Of a stretch of DNA of 64,000 nucleotides, positions 55,855-64,000 are shown piece by piece; positions within the stretch are counted from its first letter, which is position 1, and every line of letters starts with the position of its first letter. The notes below the pieces were generated by a model that saw only the letters and a program-made list of their open reading frames with translations, was not told where the DNA came from and searched no databases. The stretch is from Kiritimatiellia bacterium (GTDB lineage Bacteria; Verrucomicrobiota; Kiritimatiellia; RFP12; UBA3636). The stretch covers positions 4,668 to 68,667 of the forward strand of contig JAFUOX010000022.1 in the NCBI GenBank assembly GCA_017481725.1. Reading direction: 5' to 3'. Position numbers and translations under genes: made by a program.

Positions 55855-57498
55855 ATGAGTTCAGAGGCAAAGGTAAAAACAAAAAAAGAAAGCTTTGGTC
55901 TTGGAGTTTTATTGACCAGCCTTTGGACCCTTGTTAGTCGATTCCTTGGGCTTATTCGTGAGATGCTAACCTCACGACTCTTTGGAACAAGCCTAGAGAA
56001 ATCTGCATTTGATTTTGCATTTAAGCTGCCAAACCTATTTCGTAGATTGTTTGGTGAGGGTGCATTAACCTCAGCTCTCGTTCCAGTTCTAAAAGAGCAG
56101 GTTGATGCAAATAAATTTGAAGAAGCCAAAAAACTTACTGGGAACATTTTTGCTGCTGTGGCAACGTGCATTGGATGCATTGTATTAGTTGCGATTGCTG
56201 GAATGAGCATTGCTTTGCCATTTGTTGATGAAGGTAGTTATTTAGCTTGCATTTTTACATATTCCAGAATAATGCTTCCGTATGCGTTATTTATTTGCTT
56301 GGCAGCACTTGGCATGGGTGTATTAAATGCTCTTTCCCATTTTGGTAAATCAGCATTTGCACAAAATCTTCTGAATGTTTGTTGGATTTCAGGGCTACTT
56401 TATCTCTATTTTTGCCAGCAATCCTCCGAGCTATACACAAAGCTATTTATTCTTTCTTGGTTTATTTTAGCAGCAGGTGTTGCTCAATTTGCGTATATGT
56501 GGTGGCAGATCCGACGCTGTGGCTTCAAATTTAGGCCCAAGTTATCTAAAAAAGAATTTAAAGAGGGACTAACCTATGTAGTATGCAAGAACCTAGTTTG
56601 GGGTTCAATTGGTGCTGGCGTGGTGCAAATCAATGTTTTAATTGATATGTTTCTTGCAAGCCTAATTGGCGGCTGGGCGGTTTCAAGCTTAGGCTATGCA
56701 GATAGGCTTGTTTATTTGCCTATGGGTATTATCGCTACAGCAATGGCTACTGTTATTCTTAACCCTTTAACAAGTGCTTTCAGTACAGGAAATATTGAAA
56801 AAGCCAACACTACCTTTAGACAATCATTCCAAATGCTGTTGCTTTTAATGCTACCTATCTCAGCAATACTAATTCAGTATGTTGAGGATATTATTATCCT
56901 TATTTACAAGGGTGGCGAATTTAATGATGAATCAGTTATGCTAGTTTCCCGAGCACTAATGTTTTCGTCACTAGGACTGGTTGCATTTAGCTTAAATAAG
57001 CTTATAGTCCCATGGTTTCATGCTCGCAAAGAGGTTGCATTTACTGTACGCATAACTATTGCCCAAGTAATATTAAATTTCACATTAAATGTATTAGCAA
57101 TTATTTTTCTGCCCCAGATGTGGAAGCATGCTGGGCTTGCATTAGCAACGGTTATTAGTTCTGTTGCAGGATTTTTATTTTATCTTCATTTTGCTAAGCA
57201 AGAAGCACATGGAGGATTAAAGAGTAGGGGACTAGGATTACTTTTTGTGCGTCTATTATTACCTGTTGTGGCAATGTGTGTGGCAATGTATGCTTTAACA
57301 AGCTATTGCTTACCAATTAGCCATCTAGGGGAGAGAGCTCAAAGCTTAATTCGTTTAGCTTCTGCAAGTGTTGTTGGTGGCATAGTTTATGTGATAGCAC
57401 TATTTGTTACCAATCGAAACTTAATGTACGTGCTTTTGGATAGACTTTCAAATCGATTTCGTTTCCTAAAACGTTTTACTAAATCAAGCAAAGGATAA
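55855..57498 (+). CDS. murJ: lipid II flippase MurJ
   Basis: VSRFLGLIREMLTSRLFG at the N-terminus; 547 aa with about 14 TM helices. Confidence 0.8.
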   Translation: MSSEAKVKTKKESFGLGVLLTSLWTLVSRFLGLIREMLTSRLFGTSLEKSAFDFAFKLPNLFRRLFGEGALTSALVPVLKEQVDANKFEEAKKLTGNIFAAVATCIGCIVLVAIAGMSIALPFVDEGSYLACIFTYSRIMLPYALFICLAALGMGVLNALSHFGKSAFAQNLLNVCWISGLLYLYFCQQSSELYTKLFILSWFILAAGVAQFAYMWWQIRRCGFKFRPKLSKKEFKEGLTYVVCKNLVWGSIGAGVVQINVLIDMFLASLIGGWAVSSLGYADRLVYLPMGIIATAMATVILNPLTSAFSTGNIEKANTTFRQSFQMLLLLMLPISAILIQYVEDIIILIYKGGEFNDESVMLVSRALMFSSLGLVAFSLNKLIVPWFHARKEVAFTVRITIAQVILNFTLNVLAIIFLPQMWKHAGLALATVISSVAGFLFYLHFAKQEAHGGLKSRGLGLLFVRLLLPVVAMCVAMYALTSYCLPISHLGERAQSLIRLASASVVGGIVYVIALFVTNRNLMYVLLDRLSNRFRFLKRFTKSSKG

Positions 57499-57502
57499 TA
57501 CT

Positions 57503-58441
57503 ATGATAAGGGAATATCAGGATAGATTTTATAACCGCAAATGGGGTGTATTTAACCACTTCCTAAATGGCATTCAAAATAACCCAGCATACAAGAATAG
57601 TAAAGGCATAACAACAAGCTTTGATGAGTTAGTTCACGGCTTTAATGTTGAGCTACTCGCAAAGAATCTTCATCAGATGGGTGCTGGCTACTATGTTATT
57701 ACAATTATGCAGGGCACACCACACCTAATTGCACCAAATGCAACCTTTGACGAGATTGCAGGAACAAAGCCAGGAGAGGCATGCTCAACCCGCGACCTAG
57801 TGCTTGATATTTCAAATGAACTCAAAAAGTACGATATTGATTTATTCCTATACTTTACCGGTGATGGGCCATATAAAGACAATGACATTGGTAGCAAATT
57901 TGGTTTTATTGAGCCACGTCAGGTTGGTGTTACAAAGCCATTTGTAGATAAATGGACCAAAGTGCTTGAGGAGTATGCAGTCCGTTATGGAGAACGCATT
58001 TCTGGTTGGTGGATTGATGGCTGCTATCGTGATTTTCTAAAATATACAGACGAGCTTCTTGAGCCATATTACCTAACCTGTAAGAAAGGAAACCCAAATG
58101 CACTTGTTGCATTGAATGCGGGTGTAGGCGTATCTAAATTTGGAACAAATTTCCGTCTTGAGGATTTTACTTGTGGCGAGATGAATGTATTTGAGCATGT
58201 ACCAGAGCGTAGATTTTATGATAATGCTCAGGCACATATTCTAGCTCCACTAGGTGCTGATGACACAGGCATTGGTGCAACATGGGGCTCCTTTGGTCTT
58301 GCAGCAACAAAAGAGCATATTGTTGATTACGTAGATAGAGTTCATGCAGCTGGTGGCGTTGTAACCTTTGATATTGGCGTATATCGTGATGGCTCATACG
58401 ATCCAGCACAGGTTGATGCACTAAGTGCAATCCGTCGCTAG
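57503..58441 (+). CDS. GH29-like (alpha-L-fucosidase family) protein, weak
   Basis: KWGVFNHFL resembles the KFGIFIHWG region; 312 aa; no signal peptide. Confidence 0.4.
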   Translation: MIREYQDRFYNRKWGVFNHFLNGIQNNPAYKNSKGITTSFDELVHGFNVELLAKNLHQMGAGYYVITIMQGTPHLIAPNATFDEIAGTKPGEACSTRDLVLDISNELKKYDIDLFLYFTGDGPYKDNDIGSKFGFIEPRQVGVTKPFVDKWTKVLEEYAVRYGERISGWWIDGCYRDFLKYTDELLEPYYLTCKKGNPNALVALNAGVGVSKFGTNFRLEDFTCGEMNVFEHVPERRFYDNAQAHILAPLGADDTGIGATWGSFGLAATKEHIVDYVDRVHAAGGVVTFDIGVYRDGSYDPAQVDALSAIRR

Positions 58442-58444
58442 ACA

Positions 58445-58785
58445 CGGATGAGTGGTGGTCGCTGACGCTCTAGCCTTCGGCGAAACACGGAGAAAAAAGA
58501 GGTAAGGAGGCACGGAGGGGTTGCTGGGGGTATTGTTCCTTGCACAATTCTTCCTTGTCCTCCGCAAAAATCACACTATGTGTGTCCGTGTTAGGCGAAA
58601 GCAATAAGTGCGAAGAAGGGACGCAGAGACGCAGAGGACGCAGGGCTTGCGTGGTGGCTTATATGGAGGTGTCGATAATAACACTACCGCTTGTTGTTTC
58701 CTTGGTTATTGCTCTATCTTTCAGAAGCAATAAGGAAACTGCCAAGCGCTAGTGTGTTCGACCACAATGAAGGCAGAGCCGCTAA
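58445..58785 (+). repeat. GC-rich mosaic repeat, locus 6
   Basis: Core CTCTAGCCTTCGGCGAAACACGGAG (58468-58492) and the same long-hairpin layout as locus 4. It also carries GGGACGCAGAGACGCAGAGGACGCAG and CCTTGGTTATTGC...GCAATAAGG...GCCAAGCGCTAGTGTG (58700-58756). Confidence 0.85.
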
Positions 58786-60039
58786 GCTGATGCACGTGGT
58801 GGTCATCATGATGCGGGCGACTATAATCCACGCTCACACCTTGACGTTGCTCAGGTTTTGCTAATGGCTTATGAGCTGGCACCACAGAAGTTCTATGATG
58901 GTCAGTTAAATATCCCTGAGAAGGCAAATGGTATTCCTGATATTGTAGATGAGGCTCTATGGGCAATTCGCATTTGGAATGGTTTGTATAATGATAAGGA
59001 TGGCTCAGTATATGAAGGTACAGAATCTGATGGTGATCCTAACTTTATTCAATCAGTAGAGCTAGATCCTAAGGGTGACTTTGCTTGGGCTAAGACATCA
59101 CGTGCAGCACTAAATTATGCTGCTGTGATGGCACGTACTGCTCGCATCCTAAAGACTTGCAAGATTACTCAGCAGCCAACGTATGAGTCAGAAGAGGAAG
59201 CTGCATTACAACCAAAGCTAAGCGCAGATGCTTATCTTGCTCGTGCAAGAAAGGCATTTGAGTGGGGTGTAGCAAATCCTCCAAAGGGTCTTAAGAAGTC
59301 TGCTCAATATGCTCAGCAGCATGTTACATGTCTTGCTTATGCAGCAGCAGAGTTATATCGCACAACAGGTGAGAAGAAATATCATGATGCATTTAAGGCA
59401 AATGTTCCTTGGGGTACAAAGACAAATGTATCTCTAGCTGTTGATAATACATGGGATTTGTCTTGGGCTGCTTATGCATACGCATTTTTGCCAGATAATA
59501 TGGCTGACCCTGTATACAAGGAGCAGGCAATTGCTTCAATCAAGAAGGAAGCAGATATGTATTTGGTTGGTTCTGGTCGTATGGCATACAAGTTTGTTCG
59601 TCATTCCTTTGCTCCTATCTCATGGGGTACAGGTGCATACCAGAATTTCTGCTTGCCAATTATGGCAATGTGGGGCTTAACAAAAGACCAGTATTATTAT
59701 GATTGGTTGATCAGAACCTGCGATAATACATTGGGAGCAAATCCAATGTGTCTGTCTTGGGTTATTGGTATTGGTGAGCGTACTGTTCATGCTCCATTGC
59801 ACAACAGCCGTTATAGTCCATTTGGTAAACCAGTTAATGGTCAGCAGGTTGAAGGTCCTTACATGAATGTAGGTGGCTACAATGTTCCTGAGACTATGTA
59901 CCCACGTCCATCAAGAAGCAATGCAATTATGTATCAATTCGTAGATGCTCACTTTGCAATTGCTATGGATGAGGGTGTTGTAAACAATCAGTCTAAGACT
60001 ATGGCTGTATTTGGCCTGCTACTTCCTGATAAGAAATAA
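58786..60039 (+). pseudogene. 5'-truncated GH9 glycoside hydrolase
   Basis: The frame opens at 58786 straight out of the repeat and reads ADARGGHHDAGDYNPR (the GH9 GGWxDAGD motif), then DIVDEALWAIRIW. About 200 or more aa of a normal GH9 N-terminus are absent. The only in-frame starts are TTG 58858 and ATG 58864. Confidence 0.6.
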
Positions 60040-60252
60040 TCAGTAAATAGCAATTACATCGATTATTATTTGAGCGCTGCACTTTTAATTGAAGGTGTAG
60101 CGCTTATGATTATTTAAATATGAGTCTGAATTTAGATGAAGCATCGTTTAGTACAATGAAGCATGCTTTTGGTATATGAAGCTTTGCATTGCCATATATT
60201 CACTTAATAAGGCGATGATAATGTATTCCTCAGTTAACTAGCACACAATTAA

Positions 60253-60642
60253 ATAAAAGGTAAACTTGGTGGCTATAGTTATGGTGTTCCTGGTCCAGTA
60301 ATCCCTGTAGATACTGAAAAGGATACATTTGGTGGCTTTATGGGTGACTGGCCTCTATACGAGAATGGTGGCTGCTGTGGTATGACAGCATATCACTTTG
60401 TTAATGCATTGTGCTATGTTGGCCTAAAGGATAAGGCTGAGTTTATTCTTAAGACAATGCTCAACACCTTTGATAAGGGCCTAACACACTCCGGCTTGAT
60501 GCCTGGTTATACTCATAGTATTGATTGGCGCACAAAGGATGGTGTGGCTTGCGGTTACAACTATCTAGCAGATAACTACCTATTCTTGTTGTCTCTATCA
60601 ACAGGTATTGCAGGAAACAAGCATCCTGGTGTTGTACGCTAA
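60253..60642 (+). pseudogene. C-terminal fragment of a glycoside-hydrolase-like gene
   Basis: The frame is open from 58 nt... correction: from 60253 (IKGKLGGYSYGVPGPV...GDWPLYENGGCCGMTAYHF...). There is no plausible N-terminus or RBS, and it lies between a truncated GH9 and a repeat. Confidence 0.3.
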
Positions 60643-60664
60643 GTTTTAATCCTTCAAAAGAAAT

Positions 60665-60697
60665 AAAAAAGCGCGTCATTAGTGGCGCGTTTTTTTA
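60665..60697. terminator. rho-independent-type hairpin
   Basis: AAAAAAGCGCG-TCATTAGTGG-CGCGTTTTTTT: a GC stem flanked by an A-run and a T-run. Confidence 0.6.
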
Positions 60698-60787
60698 TTT
60701 GTATTAAGAAAATTTGGTAGTTGGATTTTGTATCTCTAGCGAGAAGCTTAGCGCGATGGGTTGGACATGGTCTTGCTACCATTGTTC

Positions 60788-60910
60788 CAAGGCCAACTTA
60801 CAAGCGCTAGTGTGGGTGTAACCCATGTACTAGAAGTGCGAGGGTGCATTGCTTCCTTGGTCATTGCAAAATCTATCGAAGCAATAAGGTAACAGCCAAG
60901 CGCCTGTGTG
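60788..60910. repeat. GC-rich mosaic repeat, locus 8
   Basis: CAAGCGCTAGTGTG (60801-60814) and CCTTGGTCATTGC...GCAATAAGG...GCCAAGCGCCTGTGTG (60855-60910) match modules at 47989-48044 and 58700-58756. Confidence 0.8.
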
Positions 60911-61279
60911 TACAGCCCACCAAGGCTTTTGAGCATGGGGCTGGATGCAGAATACTTTGGTTTTTCGGGAGGATACCTAGATGCAGCAAGTGAGTTAGAA
61001 ATATAATTTTCTTGATTTATTTGTGCTATTTTGAGATATTTATTCATATCAATGGATACTATTATTGTGTTATATTATAATTCGTATAAAGCATTATTTT
61101 TACATAAATATAGAAAGCCATTGTTATTTACCTAAATTTTGGAAGTTTTATATATTCATAAGCTTTTAATATAAATGGTTTATCCAAGATTTCTTATTTA
61201 AGTGCTGAATTTTGGTTAAATATATTTAAGGCTTTTACGTGATATTGGAAATAATTTACACAACGAGAAACTACTTATT

Positions 61280-61564
61280 ATGACTTATCAACCAAATCCT
61301 ATAGATACATCAGATATCCAACTTGAGGAAGAAGTATCAAGTTTAATTGAAATAATGGCAAAAAATGTCCATGAAGTATGGGCAAAAGAACGTATAGAAC
61401 AAGGATGGTCATATGGAGAAAAACGAGATGATGTCAATAGGTTGCATCCTTGTTTACTTCCGTATGAAGAATTGCCAGAGTTTGAAAAGAAATTTGACCG
61501 TAATACAGCTATAGAGACATTGAAGCTTATAAAAAAAATTGGGTTTGAGATTAAAAAAAGGTAA
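61280..61564 (+). CDS. 94-aa stand-alone RyR-domain protein
   Basis: LIEIMAKNVHEVWAKERIEQGWSYGEKRDDVNRLHPCLLPYEELPEFEKKFDRNTAIETLKLIKKIGFEI follows the RyR (ryanodine-receptor repeat) domain consensus as I recall it. Confidence 0.75.
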   Translation: MTYQPNPIDTSDIQLEEEVSSLIEIMAKNVHEVWAKERIEQGWSYGEKRDDVNRLHPCLLPYEELPEFEKKFDRNTAIETLKLIKKIGFEIKKR

Positions 61565-61569
61565 ATAAA

Positions 61570-63735
61570 ATGAAATTTTCACAAATAAAGGATTTAGTTC
61601 TTATTAAGCCATTAAAAAAAATAAGGTATAACATTTTATTTCGTGAGTCTTTGCTTGTTTTCTTTTTTGTTGGCATTCCATTTGTTTTAAGCTTGTTTTG
61701 GTATCGACTGATTTTCCTGTCGTTGGCGTTTTTCTTTTTTTGCTTAATTATTACACTTTTACTATGCAATTTACCTATATGCCAAAAAGGATGGGTTAGA
61801 AATTGTTTATTCATTGGAATTTTCATGTGGGGGTGTTTTTCTTACATGAAACTTGATGAACTTGATAAATGCCCTAATACATCTTATTCATTCCTTCGCA
61901 CTAGTAATACTACGTTATCCGCATTTTTTCCGTCTCGTGGTACTTATAATTATAAAGATAGTGAAATAAATGCCCTCAATCAAGATAAAACAAAAGTAGC
62001 ATGGAGTTATTTCTGTTTTCATTCAGCAGCTTACATTTTTGTTGGTTATTTTATAATGTCTATATGGGGATATAAATCTATTAACAGACTATGGTTTTTT
62101 TTGACACGTGATAGTGAAAAAAATGTTTTTTGGTGTGTTAAGCCTGAAGCAAATATGCTTAAGCTAGCAAAAGATATTTTAGAAAATTCAGACGAATCCT
62201 CGCAGCCCGTTTTTTCTGTAGATGAAGTAGAATATGTTGATCAAAAGCAAATTTTTCAGGAAATGAATTATCAGAAAATTTGTCTAAAATTGAGAAAACC
62301 TAATCAAATTCATAAATATTGTCTTTCTGCAGCAAGGCATTTTTTCCTTTCTGAGAACACCGATTGGAATATTGATATGGCGCAAGCTTTATTAAATGCT
62401 CGCTCTACAATTAAAACACCAACGAAAATATATATTAGAATTAATAATGATGCTAGAAAGATATACTATACTCGTTGGGCTGAACAATATAATAAATCAG
62501 TTGTTGAAATTATTTTCATAGACGATTGTGCTTTAATAATTGATAAATTCATTCAACAGCATCATATTTTACAGTCATTTACAGAATGTATTGATCCAAA
62601 TACACTAACAGTAAACAAAGATAACGGATTCCGTTATTTGGTGATTGGATTTGGTGGATTAGGTCAGGAGGTTCTAAAACACTTAATATGTGACACTCAA
62701 TTTTTAGATTCCAACAATGAATTAGTCCCTTTGCAGATAGATATTATTGAAAATAATATAGAAAAAATTACTTTGTTCCAGAAACAGTATTCAGAGTTAT
62801 TAGAACGTTTTGATAAAATTCATTTCATTATGCATGAGGATAACAAGACACCAATTTCTGCAGGCACAATGGAATTTTATTCTTTTTTTGAAGATAATTA
62901 TACAAAATATGACAGAATAGTTGTTGCATTGGGCGAGACAATGTTAAGCATAGAAACGATTGCCCAAATGGAGGATATTATTAGAAAACAAACTGATCTT
63001 TTTACCGGAGATCCGTCTGTAGAATTAAAAAAATGGAAAGAAAAAATATTTTTGATTTCACCAAATATTTCAGGATATGTTTTTCAAAATAAGGATAATG
63101 TTTTCAGCGTTTTTGGTGCGGACAATGAGATTTATAACTATTCAGATATAGTCAATGAGAAAATATTTTATTTAGCAAAACTAATAAATTATCGTCATAA
63201 TACAGGATGTGTTGTTACGCTCGAAAACCTAGAAGAGAAAAAAGACGATTTAAACAAGGAATGGAGAAACGCTGATTTTTATTGCCGTCAGAGTTCTTAT
63301 GCTTCTGCCCTGGGACTAGATAATGTTAGACTGTTGGTAGAGAATTATTCAAATAGAGAACTATTTGTGGGTGAAAATAGTATGTTTTTGCCAGAAAAAT
63401 ATACGTCTTGGATTAAATCTAAGGAGAAAGATATTATTGATTTGAGAGATAACTTGGGTAAAATGGAGCATTCCAGATGGTGGGCATTTATGCTTTGCTG
63501 TGGATATGTTTCTTGGAAAAAACCTATCAAAAGAGAAGGTGTGACAGAAAAAGCAAATATGACAGTAAAATATGGCCGTCATGCTACGATGATTGAATGG
63601 GAAAAAATGCCGGAAATAGACATTGTTTTCCCTGATGTTAAGACTCATGAAACCGTTATGGATAAAGATTTACGAATTATTGATGCGCTACCTTATTTCT
63701 ATAACATTATGGAAGAAAGTAAGAATAGAATATAA
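61570..63735 (+). CDS. 4-TM membrane protein with Rossmann/RCK-like core and C-terminal RyR-like domain
   Basis: Starts 6 nt after the upstream stop. Four hydrophobic helices lie in aa 28-170. It has GxGxxG (YLVIGFGGLGQEV) and a C-terminal MEHSRWWAFMLCCGYVSW...GRHATMIEWEKMPE. Confidence 0.7.
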   Translation: MKFSQIKDLVLIKPLKKIRYNILFRESLLVFFFVGIPFVLSLFWYRLIFLSLAFFFFCLIITLLLCNLPICQKGWVRNCLFIGIFMWGCFSYMKLDELDKCPNTSYSFLRTSNTTLSAFFPSRGTYNYKDSEINALNQDKTKVAWSYFCFHSAAYIFVGYFIMSIWGYKSINRLWFFLTRDSEKNVFWCVKPEANMLKLAKDILENSDESSQPVFSVDEVEYVDQKQIFQEMNYQKICLKLRKPNQIHKYCLSAARHFFLSENTDWNIDMAQALLNARSTIKTPTKIYIRINNDARKIYYTRWAEQYNKSVVEIIFIDDCALIIDKFIQQHHILQSFTECIDPNTLTVNKDNGFRYLVIGFGGLGQEVLKHLICDTQFLDSNNELVPLQIDIIENNIEKITLFQKQYSELLERFDKIHFIMHEDNKTPISAGTMEFYSFFEDNYTKYDRIVVALGETMLSIETIAQMEDIIRKQTDLFTGDPSVELKKWKEKIFLISPNISGYVFQNKDNVFSVFGADNEIYNYSDIVNEKIFYLAKLINYRHNTGCVVTLENLEEKKDDLNKEWRNADFYCRQSSYASALGLDNVRLLVENYSNRELFVGENSMFLPEKYTSWIKSKEKDIIDLRDNLGKMEHSRWWAFMLCCGYVSWKKPIKREGVTEKANMTVKYGRHATMIEWEKMPEIDIVFPDVKTHETVMDKDLRIIDALPYFYNIMEESKNRI

Positions 63736-63859
63736 TTTTAATGTAAAAATAAAATTAAATCTACAACAAGCAGATTATATTAAATTTGTTTCTTAATTTA
63801 ATTAGTCCGTTTTATGGTAAAAGTGATATTTGTGTTTGTTATAAATGAAGGAAATAGAT

Positions 63860-64000
63860 ATGCTAAAGTCTATAAATAATAAAGATGATAAAACAAAAGC
63901 TTTTAAATATTATGCATTTATTAGTTATTCACGAAAGAATTCGAAAGCAGCGTCTTATTTACATAAGCAGTTGGAACACTTCCGTGTGCCGGTTCGGTAT
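63860..64000 (+). CDS. TIR-domain protein, N-terminal 47 codons (3' end lies outside the window)
   Basis: Starts at ATG 63860. The translation MLKSINNKDDKTKAFKYYAFISYSRKNSKAASYLHKQLEHFRVPVRY contains FISYSxK...LxxxL, the usual first strand and helix of bacterial TIR domains. Confidence 0.5.
   Translation, partial: MLKSINNKDDKTKAFKYYAFISYSRKNSKAASYLHKQLEHFRVPVRY

Noticed and set aside
61053-61081. Fourth, diverged copy of the shared promoter module upstream of the RyR gene (TGGATA - 17 nt - TATAAT; ATTATTGT similarity)
   Set aside because: About 18 of 24 positions match over the spacer and -10 only. That is unremarkable in sequence this AT-rich. The palindrome and flanking module sequence are absent. 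It may still be an ordinary promoter.

Overview
64-kb window from an AT-rich diderm bacterium. Evidence for the diderm call: GT9 heptosyltransferase, TolC-like outer-membrane protein, MurJ and many glycoside hydrolases. The phylum cannot be assigned from sequence alone. Most of the window is tightly packed housekeeping or operonic genes: yggS, tatD-like, pnuC plus thiamine diphosphokinase, an LplT-PlsC-Aas triple fusion, adk, tsaB, tagD-like, umuDC, a GH31 alpha-xylosidase, MATE, TolC-like, tsaD, rhomboid, M42 peptidase, ispF, cysS, parvulin, GT9 and murJ. Three things stand out. (1) An ~11-kb accessory, defence-like island (29.4-40.4 kb) lies between a GH gene and tsaD and is bracketed by oppositely oriented copies of a GC-rich mosaic repeat. 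It carries a BspA-type LRR lipoprotein, a membrane NERD protein, a TcmP plus three-Cys radical-SAM pair, a decayed transposase, a NUDIX plus PLD/SF2-helicase/DUF3427 cassette, an ATPase-gene remnant and a second NUDIX. Three of these cassettes sit behind near-identical copies of one promoter-operator module although their base composition differs. (2) A very AT-rich islet at the right edge (61.3-64.0 kb) encodes a 94-aa bare RyR-domain protein, a 4-TM/Rossmann/RyR protein and the start of a TIR-domain protein. I rate this the best candidate for an undescribed signalling or defence system. (3) At least eight loci carry a modular GC-rich intergenic repeat family, including a 1.1-kb ORF-less tract (47.9-49.0 kb) whose core is a ~440-bp degenerate palindrome built from TTAGACG/GAGACG words. 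No rRNA, tRNA or CRISPR array was recognised. All functional calls rest on reading the supplied translations for family motifs; no database search was possible.
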